DNA from: Escherichia phage ime
Sequence record: MN850576.1
Length of the DNA stretch: 64,000 nt
Direction: 5' to 3' (one strand)
The translations under genes and the position numbers were made by a program. Below the pieces are notes generated by a model. The model was given only the letters and a program-made list of their open reading frames with translations, was not told the DNA's origin and did not search any database. This document shows, piece after piece, positions 24,566 to 33,058 of this stretch. Each line of letters begins with the position of its first letter. Positions within the stretch are counted from its first letter, which is position 1.

Positions 24566-26047
24566 ATGGCCCCTTCTGGAGTTTTAATGGATAGTAGAAG
24601 TTCAGAAATCATTGCCTCGCAGAAAGATGATGCCCTGAGAATGTTGCAGGCTGCACGTATGTATCTCCTTGAAAAGCTGCCGTTTTATGGCACACTACTG
24701 TCAGGGTTGCAGTTCGTAGAAAACCACACATGGTGCTCCACCATGGCAACCGACCATAAACGCATCTATTACAGTCCTGAGTTCATTATGGGATTGGCTG
24801 ATGAACGCAAGGCTATTCTTAAGGCTTCTCTAACTGACGAGCAGTTTGAGATGGCTGAAGTTTTCTATTCCCCAAAATCTGTGAAAGAGGTGGCCTTCCT
24901 TCTGTCACATGAGGTGGGGCATATTATCTGTGATCACCTAGTCCGTGGTAAAAGCTTTGAGCCGGAACTGTTCAATATTGCTTGTGATCACGTTATCAAC
25001 ACAGGCCTTGTGGTTGACTTTAGCAAACCTCCTTGTGTTTTCTTCCCGAAGGGGAAAAGCACTACGTTCATGAAAGGTAAGCCTTTTGGCTTCTTAGCCA
25101 GCTGCTACTGCGACATGAAGTTTCATGGATGGATTGCTGAGAACGTTTATGCAGTTCTTGATAAGCAAAGAGATCAGAATAACGGTAAAAGTAAGAACGG
25201 TAAAGGTGAGAACTCTCAAAGTGATAAGCGACAAACCGATGATCACATGAGTGGGAACGGTGGCACCAGTGATAATCTTGGAAAGGCTATGAGGTATGAT
25301 CAGCCACAACCTGTAATCAGCCAATCTGATAAAGATCAGGCCATGCAGGACTCTGGTGATATGCTGGAGGCAGCAATGCAAGCGTCCGGAGGCCGTTGCC
25401 CTGAGGCGGTGCGTGAGTTTGTCAAGAACAGAGGTAAGCCTGTAATCAACTATATAGACATCATTAAGCAACGTATGTTGTCTAAAAGAAAGGCCGAACT
25501 GACCTACAGAAAACCTGGTCGCCGATCTGGGTCTTTGACCAGCACAATGCGAAAAGTTGGGGCTATAAACAAGAACCAGCACGTTATTGTTCCTGGTCGT
25601 AATCCGGAAAACACTATAGATATTGTGGTGGCTTTAGACGTTTCTGGCTCGATCTCTCAAAGAACTTTAAAGAAAATGTTCAATGAAATCACCGGATTGT
25701 GCAATCTGTATAAAGAGTTTAAGGTTACAATGTTCTGTTGGTCAACTGAGGTTGGAGAGGTTAAAGTATACACTCGCGGCAACATAGACGAGATGGTCAA
25801 CTATGAGGTCCACTCAACATGGGGCACAACAGCTGCTTGCGTGTTCGAGTATCTGGATGCCAACATACCTAATGCAAAAGATGTCATCGTCCTGACCGAC
25901 CTATACTTTGAGCATAACTTTGAACAAAAGGTTGTTGACAACAAGTGGAAAAAGTACGATACTCTATGGGTCCTCACTGAGGGGTATAATAAAAATTATA
26001 TCCCGAGCTTTGGGAAAACTGTGGAATTAATCGAGTACGCTAAGTAA
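24566..26047 (+). CDS. putative metallopeptidase plus VWA domain protein
   Basis: 493 aa; HExxH motif (LSHEVGHIICDH) in the N-terminal half; MIDAS-like VVALDVSGSIS in the C-terminal half. Alternative start ATG 24587 has a GGAG RBS. Confidence 0.65.
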   Translation: MAPSGVLMDSRSSEIIASQKDDALRMLQAARMYLLEKLPFYGTLLSGLQFVENHTWCSTMATDHKRIYYSPEFIMGLADERKAILKASLTDEQFEMAEVFYSPKSVKEVAFLLSHEVGHIICDHLVRGKSFEPELFNIACDHVINTGLVVDFSKPPCVFFPKGKSTTFMKGKPFGFLASCYCDMKFHGWIAENVYAVLDKQRDQNNGKSKNGKGENSQSDKRQTDDHMSGNGGTSDNLGKAMRYDQPQPVISQSDKDQAMQDSGDMLEAAMQASGGRCPEAVREFVKNRGKPVINYIDIIKQRMLSKRKAELTYRKPGRRSGSLTSTMRKVGAINKNQHVIVPGRNPENTIDIVVALDVSGSISQRTLKKMFNEITGLCNLYKEFKVTMFCWSTEVGEVKVYTRGNIDEMVNYEVHSTWGTTAACVFEYLDANIPNAKDVIVLTDLYFEHNFEQKVVDNKWKKYDTLWVLTEGYNKNYIPSFGKTVELIEYAK

Positions 26048-26062
26048 GAGAGGAGGTTATTT

Positions 26063-26326
26063 ATGGCAACAGAGTTAAAATTTGCATCAAACCGTAAAAC
26101 TAAGAAGTATCTGTCCTCAGTAGCTCCAGGCACTGTGGTGATGTTTGTTGATGAACTTGGGGATGTGAATACAGCACTTGTTGTAAAATCACATCCTGCA
26201 AACATATATGTTGGGGTATTTGACCTGTTCAGAAAGGTGTTTGTAGAACTGCCTCACAGTTTGGTTGTTACAGAAATGGATGCCTGCATAGAAATTCTTG
26301 GCGAAGTTATGGTGGAGGAACAATAA
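26063..26326 (+). CDS. small paralog family protein, copy 1
   Basis: 87 aa; GGAGG RBS; shares the core pattern (GTVV / CG.VV, conserved Val/Asp positions) with the next three ORFs. Confidence 0.55.
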   Translation: MATELKFASNRKTKKYLSSVAPGTVVMFVDELGDVNTALVVKSHPANIYVGVFDLFRKVFVELPHSLVVTEMDACIEILGEVMVEEQ

Positions 26327-26589
26327 TGGCTACCAGCATTGTATTCAATTCTAAGGTGAAGAACAAAAAGCGTGCAGACAGTTTTCCGTGTGGGACCGTG
26401 GTAAGTTGCGACGGAGACGGCATTCAAAACATAGTTATGATTGTCAAAACAGGAGAACATTGTGTGTGGGGGTTCGATTTAGAAAATAATGAGTTGTACG
26501 ATCTGCCGCCAAACATGAAAGTTACAGAGCTTGACACCAAAATTACCATCCTTGGAGAGACAAGCTATTCAAAAGAAGGAGGAGAATAA
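26326..26589 (+). CDS. small paralog family protein, copy 2
   Basis: 87 aa, exactly 264 nt; start overlaps previous stop (ATAATGG). Confidence 0.55.
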   Translation: MATSIVFNSKVKNKKRADSFPCGTVVSCDGDGIQNIVMIVKTGEHCVWGFDLENNELYDLPPNMKVTELDTKITILGETSYSKEGGE

Positions 26590-26852
26590 TGACCACAAAA
26601 ATCACTATCGCAGAACCGAAAGCTAACACTCAGCCTATCGAAAAGTTTAAGTGCGGTGAGGTGGTAACATTCACACCAGATAATGAAGATGCTAAGATTT
26701 TCGCAATGGTCACAGCTGAGTGGATGTGTGACAACACCACACAGGTTCTGCGTTTTGACACCTATCTTACCGATGAAATCAGGAACGACAAGATTGTGAC
26801 TGGTGTGGATACTGAGATTGTTTTCTACAAGAGCTTTTTAGAGGGTTTCTGA
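26589..26852 (+). CDS. small paralog family protein, copy 3
   Basis: 87 aa, exactly 264 nt; start overlaps previous stop. Confidence 0.55.
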   Translation: MTTKITIAEPKANTQPIEKFKCGEVVTFTPDNEDAKIFAMVTAEWMCDNTTQVLRFDTYLTDEIRNDKIVTGVDTEIVFYKSFLEGF

Positions 26853-26853
26853 T

Positions 26854-27087
26854 ATGGCAAAAATTAGAAAATTATCTAGCAATCAGGTTGTGAAAGACTT
26901 CGAATCTGGAGAGATTCTTTATGTTCGTGATGCAGATGACGAAGGTGAAGATCTCGTTATGTTGGTGGGGCACGCTGAGGACGGATGCATCCAAGCTGTT
27001 TTTCTTGAAACAGCTATGGTGCACTGGATAGAGCTGGACCTGAAAGCACGAAAACCTAAAGCAGAAATCCTGATTTACGAAGATTAA
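26854..27087 (+). CDS. small paralog family protein, copy 4 (more diverged)
   Basis: 77 aa; same size class and acidic character, immediately downstream of copy 3. Confidence 0.5.
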   Translation: MAKIRKLSSNQVVKDFESGEILYVRDADDEGEDLVMLVGHAEDGCIQAVFLETAMVHWIELDLKARKPKAEILIYED

Positions 27088-27103
27088 CAAAAAGGAGATA
27101 GCC

Positions 27104-27553
27104 GTGTTGAGCAAACGTGAATGCGACAGCATTAGCCTGAATTCTTATAAGAAACAATGGTTTGGGGTGGAAGTTTGCCGACTGCGGCTAGGCTCCTACC
27201 TGAACTTCGTTTATTATGAGAGTGACAGTCGTATCGTTTCTTATGAAGTGTTCTACACTAAGAACACATTCGAACTGCGCCGTAAAGTAGATGGCGGGAG
27301 AACTACCACCCAGAATAATTGGGAAACTATTCTGCCTCCAGATGTTATAGGAAGTCCCCTGAATGTATCTGAAGATGAAAATCTTATGGTTCATGCTATG
27401 ATGGGACTTGACAGCTTAGAGCTGGCAATCTATGATATGTCCATCGAAGCAGTTAAGCTGGACTACATCGAAAACACTTTAGAGGAAGGTATCAAGAAGT
27501 TTCTCAGTGAGAAATTAAAAGACCACTTTCATAAGGAGCTATATCTGTTATGA
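27104..27553 (+). CDS. hypothetical protein
   Basis: 149-aa ORF; GTG start with AAAGGAGA 7 nt upstream. Confidence 0.55.
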   Translation: MLSKRECDSISLNSYKKQWFGVEVCRLRLGSYLNFVYYESDSRIVSYEVFYTKNTFELRRKVDGGRTTTQNNWETILPPDVIGSPLNVSEDENLMVHAMMGLDSLELAIYDMSIEAVKLDYIENTLEEGIKKFLSEKLKDHFHKELYLL

Positions 27554-27795
27554 AGACCCGTAAAGAACGTAACAAAATTTTACCTGGAGCTCTCGAACAC
27601 CTGATGAAGTGCAGATCTATTTGGCACTCTGCCAAGGAAGGGCAGAAGGTGGTTGTGGTTAGTGACAATACCAACCCGTTTGGAGATTATACCACCATGA
27701 TGGCTCCATATGTCCGTGATGGCGTTGTAGAAGTGGTCCCTTACAACGGTTTGCATGAACGGCACTTTGAAAGCACTTTGCTAGTGGAGCTATAG
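27550..27795 (+). CDS. hypothetical protein
   Basis: 81-aa ORF; start overlaps upstream stop. Confidence 0.5.
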   Translation: MKTRKERNKILPGALEHLMKCRSIWHSAKEGQKVVVVSDNTNPFGDYTTMMAPYVRDGVVEVVPYNGLHERHFESTLLVEL

Positions 27796-27797
27796 TC

Positions 27798-28364
27798 ATG
27801 GCGGTCAATGTGGCTTACAACACAGGAAAGCTTGACAGAGACATTGGGTGTCTTGTCCTTTCAGATACAGAAGAGTATTGGGGTTATGGGTTGCTGTCAG
27901 ACCCACACCCGAGCAACCTTGTATCAACAGTGCTATACCGCTACGACCCTGTGCCAACGGTACACGACAGAGACATTCACGACCTTCGGATCAAGTGTCT
28001 GGAAGATCTGCTGAACAATGGTTGCAACGATCTGCGGGTAGCCAAGGAGAAGCTTACAAACATTCACAAAGAGGAAGTGATGAGTACCCTCAGTAAAAGA
28101 TCAGTGCACAAAAAGATGATGCTGAACTTTGCAATGGGTATCTACATGGATGGGTATAAGGGAGGGGATCCGATCCTCAAGCTTCGCTGCCCGACACTGT
28201 GGGAAAGAGTGGTTGACAGTAAGGACGGTACTGCCCTGCTCGAACTCCACACTGCAGGTTGGATTTGGCGGTATGTAGACGGATACCCTCTGTGGGCATG
28301 TGGACCTGGGGAATTTGTTGACAGACCTAGCGCGGTGGTGGACTTACTATTGCAGTTTGAATAA
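27798..28364 (+). CDS. hypothetical protein
   Basis: 188-aa ORF. Confidence 0.5.
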   Translation: MAVNVAYNTGKLDRDIGCLVLSDTEEYWGYGLLSDPHPSNLVSTVLYRYDPVPTVHDRDIHDLRIKCLEDLLNNGCNDLRVAKEKLTNIHKEEVMSTLSKRSVHKKMMLNFAMGIYMDGYKGGDPILKLRCPTLWERVVDSKDGTALLELHTAGWIWRYVDGYPLWACGPGEFVDRPSAVVDLLLQFE

Positions 28365-28421
28365 AAAGGTGAGTTATAAGGTATTCATACACCTACCAAC
28401 AATACAACAGGAGAGACTAAG

Positions 28422-28697
28422 ATGACGAAAGAAGAGGCCGACGTATTAGATTTTGCACTAGAGGCTACGCAGGAGGCTTTGGTGTTAGCTTGGAAAATGA
28501 ACCAGCGTGCTGCAGAATGCAACCGCCGCATCAATGAGATCTTGGGCATGTCTATGTATGATTTCACCATGCATGCCGGAGAGATTCCTGAATTAACTGC
28601 CGAGATGAATGATCTTGACGATAAAATTAATATCATTCTGAAGACAGCAGAAACAACTCACCAAACCGCCCGTAAATTTATCAACGAGAAGGTGTGA
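28422..28697 (+). CDS. hypothetical protein
   Basis: 91-aa ORF; AGGAGAG RBS region upstream. Confidence 0.5.
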   Translation: MTKEEADVLDFALEATQEALVLAWKMNQRAAECNRRINEILGMSMYDFTMHAGEIPELTAEMNDLDDKINIILKTAETTHQTARKFINEKV

Positions 28698-29164
28698 ATA
28701 TGGACTACAGCTACTGCGGGGAAGAAGTCCCTTTTAATTACAGCAATCTTACCACGAGCAATCCATATGAGACTCGCCACGGCACGCACATCATTGCCAT
28801 CGACTTTGATGGAACGTTTAATGCGAGCCCTTTCATCTTCTCCAGCCTGATCAGGGATCTGAAGAAGGAGGGGTGGACAGTCTACCTTGTGACTTTCCGA
28901 TTCATTACTCAAGACAATGTAGACATTGAGTATTGGCGCAAGGAGCTCGATGTTGGTGTGTTCTACACAGGTGGTGTTCAGAAGGCAGCCTACCTGGCGC
29001 AGTTTGATATCTACCCAGATATCTGGATTGATGATTCTCCGGCATGTATTCCGGCTAAGAATCAGTTAGAGTTTGCAATGAAGGAGATTGAGTATAAGTC
29101 TGAGGCTAAGCGGAACGGATGGCCCTTTATTATTGAAGATTACCCAGATCCTGAACCGGAGTAA
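28694..29164 (+). CDS. HAD-superfamily hydrolase-like (possible nucleotidase/phosphatase)
   Basis: 156 aa; HAD motif I HIIAIDFDGTF (DxDGT) and a C-terminal IWIDDSP acidic motif. Confidence 0.5.
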   Translation: MNMDYSYCGEEVPFNYSNLTTSNPYETRHGTHIIAIDFDGTFNASPFIFSSLIRDLKKEGWTVYLVTFRFITQDNVDIEYWRKELDVGVFYTGGVQKAAYLAQFDIYPDIWIDDSPACIPAKNQLEFAMKEIEYKSEAKRNGWPFIIEDYPDPEPE

Positions 29165-29169
29165 GAGCC

Positions 29170-29340
29170 ATGAGGCGAAGATATCATTACCTGATGTGGA
29201 AGTTATATCAAAATGCTGCCAAAGCCTATCATATCATGTTTGGCAATGACGATCACTACATCATGTTACATCTCACCGCTATTGAGCATCACAATGAGTG
29301 GATTCATGCAATCGTGGCAGGTGATAAAGACTTTAAGTAA
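29170..29340 (+). CDS. hypothetical small protein (56 aa)
   Basis: ATG at 29170 with GGAG upstream; His-rich; below the ORF-track size cut-off. Confidence 0.3.
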   Translation: MRRRYHYLMWKLYQNAAKAYHIMFGNDDHYIMLHLTAIEHHNEWIHAIVAGDKDFK

Positions 29341-29390
29341 AGTATACCTCAAAAACGTATAGTGCGGCTTTCTAGACGGAGACTGATTAA

Positions 29391-29771
29391 ATGTGCAAGT
29401 GTAAATCCTATAATTGGAAAGTGAAAGGTGCCAAGCATCCAAATGTTATCGTTGATGTGCCTAAAAATCTTCGTGACGGCAAAAAACGTGTGTGCCTTGA
29501 TAAGTGTATGGCTAAGCCTATCATGAGTTTGTGGGCAGCAGGTTTGAAAACGCTAAACTGCTGCTGTGGTCATAACAAAGATATTCCAAGCATCATTATC
29601 CCAGAAGATGCAGATCCTAAAGCTTATGCCAAAATACTGACCCGCTATCCCAGCACCTTCCTGATCGGAAAATGGTGTCACGATGAACTCCAATGGTGGA
29701 TAGCCTATGGTAGTATAGGCACTACTTTTGGCTTCCCAGCTTTGTCAGAGCGCTATGTCAAAGTGCCATAA
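29391..29771 (+). CDS. hypothetical Cys-rich protein (possible zinc-binding)
   Basis: 126 aa; MCKCKSY...CLDKC...NCCCGH cysteine clusters. Confidence 0.5.
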   Translation: MCKCKSYNWKVKGAKHPNVIVDVPKNLRDGKKRVCLDKCMAKPIMSLWAAGLKTLNCCCGHNKDIPSIIIPEDADPKAYAKILTRYPSTFLIGKWCHDELQWWIAYGSIGTTFGFPALSERYVKVP

Positions 29772-29875
29772 TAGAATTTAAGGCCTCAAACGAGGCCTGT
29801 GCCTTCATAAATTTCTCCACCCTGTGCGATTGCCTTCCTGAATAAAATACCCTCTCAGATCTCTTAAAATTAAGC

Positions 29876-29904
29876 TTGACACCACCACCAGATCTATATA
29901 TAAT
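29876..29904 (+). promoter_or_regulatory. consensus sigma70 promoter (TTGACA, 17-nt spacer, TATAAT)
   Basis: TTGACA at 29876-29881, exactly 17 nt, TATAAT at 29899-29904; GAGGAG RBS at 29921-29926 and ATG at 29933. Confidence 0.7.
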
Positions 29905-29932
29905 TCTCACCAACCAAACAGAGGAGATCGTC

Positions 29933-30340
29933 ATGGATAATCTTGCAGATGTAAATGTCGAAATTGTTAAACTAAAGTTCTTGGGCTTTCGAGACCCTTA
30001 TTCTTTAACAGCCATACTAATGGATACTCACTTCACACCAGGTAAAGAGTACACTGCCTTCCGTTATATTTGCGGAGATCACGAATCAGCTTACAGTGTG
30101 AATACAAACCTCGGCGAGGGATATTTCATCAGAGATATCACAGATCACTTGTGGGGTATGTGGGAGTTGGTGGAGGAAGAGAATAAATCCCTTCCTAAAG
30201 AGATTTGGGTGCACACCTTCCACACAGGTAAGTTTGGAGGTACGGAACATAAGTCTATCCACTATGATGAAGAAAGTGCCATCAAACAACAAGCTGTGCT
30301 TGGTGGATCTATAGAAAAATTTGTTAAATGCGAGGACTGA
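29933..30340 (+). CDS. hypothetical protein
   Basis: 136 aa from ATG 29933 with GAGGAG 6 nt upstream; the ORF-track start (TTG 29876) coincides with the promoter -35 box. Confidence 0.55.
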   Translation: MDNLADVNVEIVKLKFLGFRDPYSLTAILMDTHFTPGKEYTAFRYICGDHESAYSVNTNLGEGYFIRDITDHLWGMWELVEEENKSLPKEIWVHTFHTGKFGGTEHKSIHYDEESAIKQQAVLGGSIEKFVKCED

Positions 30341-30343
30341 GAA

Positions 30344-30544
30344 ATGGCTGATTTTTGTAAAGATTGCTCTGAAGAGTTGTTTGGCTTTGACTGCAAAGAT
30401 TTGGAAGGTCTGATCACTGAGGATCAGTGGAAGGAAGGCTATGCAGCACCTGTTATTTGTGAAGGTTGTGGCTATACCTATGTTGACCATAAAGGTAAGC
30501 GCGTCAAGCCGTCTGAAGATGGGGCATGTTGGGAGTATTACTAA
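30344..30544 (+). CDS. hypothetical small Cys-motif protein
   Basis: 66 aa; CKDC...WKEGYAAPVICEGCGY, shares motif with ORF 11308..11790. Confidence 0.45.
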   Translation: MADFCKDCSEELFGFDCKDLEGLITEDQWKEGYAAPVICEGCGYTYVDHKGKRVKPSEDGACWEYY

Positions 30545-30554
30545 CTATAAAAAG

Positions 30555-30583
30555 AAAGGGGCCGTTTGGCCCCTTTTTATTTA
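30555..30583. terminator. bidirectional rho-independent terminator at convergent junction
   Basis: Perfect hairpin AAAGGGGCC-GUUU-GGCCCCUUU flanked by T-runs on both strands; lies between the end of the plus cassette (30544) and the end of the minus late module (30592). Confidence 0.7.
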
Positions 30584-30591
30584 CCACCTTG

Positions 30592-33030
30592 TTAACGAGA
30601 AAAGGTTGCGTAGGCTTCTAGACGATACTGCTGGTCACCAGGGAACATAACACCTATAGAGGCTGTCCCTAGAATCCTGCCTTCCTTTCCAGACTCCATT
30701 CTGAACCCTACCCATCCTGAACTCCTTGCAGCCTCGATGTTGTCGCTATACCCGAAAGTGGCAAGATCGTCAACACCAGCCCCAAACAGCAACTGAAGCT
30801 GACTTCTCGGAAGCCCTATAATTTCAGGAATATACGCACCAAAGTACACCATCTGCCCTACCTTAGGACCGCTGCCGTACTCCATCGGTTTGCTTGTAGA
30901 GAAAGTCTTCATACCAGAAGTACCTGCCGGATTAGGGTATGCCCCGTTTGTTGCTGTACCTATCCACATTCTCCACTGTGGTGCCATCTGTTTGACAGTA
31001 AAAGATGTTGAAGACGTTTTGCGCCCTGCATCATCTGTAACTACAAACTTTATGGTGACATTCCCAGTAGCTTTAAATGTTACCAGTCCTGTGGTGGCAT
31101 CCACTGTTGCAATGTTGGTATTACTACTTTCCCAAGTCTTTCTAATCCCGGATACGTTGGAAGGGGTAATAGAAGGTTCCTGCATCTGCAGTTTACCACC
31201 CACAATCCCTATGCCGTTGCCCGGATTATACAGCACACCAACCTCGTCTATAATGTTCCCTGCTTTGAGACTATACTTCCTTGAGAAGTTGTAGGTTCCG
31301 TTATAAGTGTGTGTCCCTGAGAAGGTGACATCTGCCTTCCCGTAAGAGATGCAAACCAAAGCATACTTCCTGTCAGGCAACGTTTCTCCAGTCTCTGGGT
31401 GAGTTTTACCTACCTGGAACACACTCGGGTCAGTAGAGTCGTGACTATCACTAACGGAGCTTGGACCGCCCATCAACTGTGACAAACAATTCCTTACCCA
31501 TGTCCAGTTATTATCGCTGGAGAAGTCCACAGTCAAATCAAACACAACCCACTCATTTGGCTTCCACACAGGTGTTGTAATGGACTTGCCTACACCACCT
31601 CCTTGGAGTGTTGCCGACTGTTCGGTGATCAGGGCCGTATAGGCCAGAGTTCCTAAACTCAGAGTCTGGCTTGCTGTCCTCACTACCTTAGAATCAGCAT
31701 CTGTGAAGTTGTTGATGATTTGGAATGTGCCATAAGTGTTTTTACAGGTAATTCTGGCGTTCAGCGTGTCAATCTTCCTCACATCTGCCATAGCAGTGTT
31801 AGACACAGAGAAGTCAGAAGCTTTAGCTGAGTTTGCCGCAACAGCAGGATCAACGTTAAGAGTTGCGTTGAACTGACAGGCAGGGGTAACCAGCAGCTTG
31901 TTATCACCTATTTGCTTCCATGAAATACTTTGGACAGGTAGATTCCATTTAATACCTGAGAAAACTTTAGCAACCCTTGGCCCCAAAGCTCCAGTCCTGT
32001 TGTCTTTACAGCACATAGACATGGTGATCGTTGACGGAGTTGCCTGACCAAATAATTGCTGTGCTTTTGCAGAGGACATAGTGTAGAAATTGTCCTTAAC
32101 AAACTCATCAGCAGCTAAAGATCCATCAGCTCTCCACCACTGAACCTGGTACCCTGTTTTGTCCCAACCACCGACCTGCTTCAAGTCCTCCCAGGAGATT
32201 TCTAGATCCCCAGTGGTAGGGTTGATTGCAGCAGTTCCCGGTGTTCCGGGTGACCACAATGGAATATCGAACCACGCTGGTTTAACCGACTGCACTGCGC
32301 TGGGACCTATTGCGGCAGCAAGTTGCTGGCCCATCAATACGCGAGCATCTTTCACCAGACCCCACTCGATCATAGACCCAGAGTAACCTTCTTTCTTGTA
32401 GGCTGAGGATCCGTTCAAATGGATGAGTCGGCTTGTGCCAAAGTTATGTGCTCCACCACCGTTGTCGTCTGCAAAATTGGTTATGATTCTATCCCTGATA
32501 TTTTTCCATGCCCTGCCCCCAATCTCATAGTCATGGTCATAACATCTTTGCAGTGTTGTCCAGCAAATGATCGCCATCCTTCTACCATCGCTGAATCCAA
32601 AGGCCTGATCGTTAAGCTCTCTCCACAAGTAGCAGTTAGTGGTCCACATGGCCCTATGAATGTTAAACCAGTTTATAGATTTGGCTGAGTTGTCCCACTG
32701 AGTCCCAGGTAATTCAGGCCATACTGCATTAACCAGCATGTCTTCTGTTCCTGCATCAACCAAGAACCCTCTTACCTTCTTACCCATGCCTACCCTATCT
32801 TTTGCAATCCAGCTGCCAAACAATCTCAGTTTTGGACCGTAGACAACATCTTCCGGATGCTCAAAAGAAACATATTTTAGGTATATTGTAGGGTCACCAT
32901 AGGTGCCATCACAAACAGCTTTGTGCATGTTCTCGCCAAGGTCTAGACGAAGTCCTGTTACAACTTTAGACGTGTCGGTGAATTTGTCTGTTAAATCAAA
33001 CTCATACCACCACCAACCTGCACCCAACAA
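30592..33030 (-). CDS. putative tail fibre / receptor-binding protein with Big_2 (bacterial Ig-like) domain
   Basis: Large beta-rich ORF; segment NIATVDATTGLVTFKATGNVTIKFVVTDDAG fits a Big_2 fold. The ORF-track start (33150) overlaps the upstream gene by 91 nt; TTG at 33030 or ATG at 32931 are more plausible starts. Confidence 0.5.
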   Translation of the reverse strand: MLGAGWWWYEFDLTDKFTDTSKVVTGLRLDLGENMHKAVCDGTYGDPTIYLKYVSFEHPEDVVYGPKLRLFGSWIAKDRVGMGKKVRGFLVDAGTEDMLVNAVWPELPGTQWDNSAKSINWFNIHRAMWTTNCYLWRELNDQAFGFSDGRRMAIICWTTLQRCYDHDYEIGGRAWKNIRDRIITNFADDNGGGAHNFGTSRLIHLNGSSAYKKEGYSGSMIEWGLVKDARVLMGQQLAAAIGPSAVQSVKPAWFDIPLWSPGTPGTAAINPTTGDLEISWEDLKQVGGWDKTGYQVQWWRADGSLAADEFVKDNFYTMSSAKAQQLFGQATPSTITMSMCCKDNRTGALGPRVAKVFSGIKWNLPVQSISWKQIGDNKLLVTPACQFNATLNVDPAVAANSAKASDFSVSNTAMADVRKIDTLNARITCKNTYGTFQIINNFTDADSKVVRTASQTLSLGTLAYTALITEQSATLQGGGVGKSITTPVWKPNEWVVFDLTVDFSSDNNWTWVRNCLSQLMGGPSSVSDSHDSTDPSVFQVGKTHPETGETLPDRKYALVCISYGKADVTFSGTHTYNGTYNFSRKYSLKAGNIIDEVGVLYNPGNGIGIVGGKLQMQEPSITPSNVSGIRKTWESSNTNIATVDATTGLVTFKATGNVTIKFVVTDDAGRKTSSTSFTVKQMAPQWRMWIGTATNGAYPNPAGTSGMKTFSTSKPMEYGSGPKVGQMVYFGAYIPEIIGLPRSQLQLLFGAGVDDLATFGYSDNIEAARSSGWVGFRMESGKEGRILGTASIGVMFPGDQQYRLEAYATFSR

Positions 33031-33058
33031 TACTTTCTTACAACGCTGTGCGTCTGTA

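Noticed and set aside
24551-24580. Hairpin AGGGGCC-AAU-GGCCCCU after the stop of gene 23510-24553 as a terminator
   Set aside because: No U-run follows it on the plus strand and it overlaps the start codon of the next gene; more likely a translational or stability element, or coincidental.
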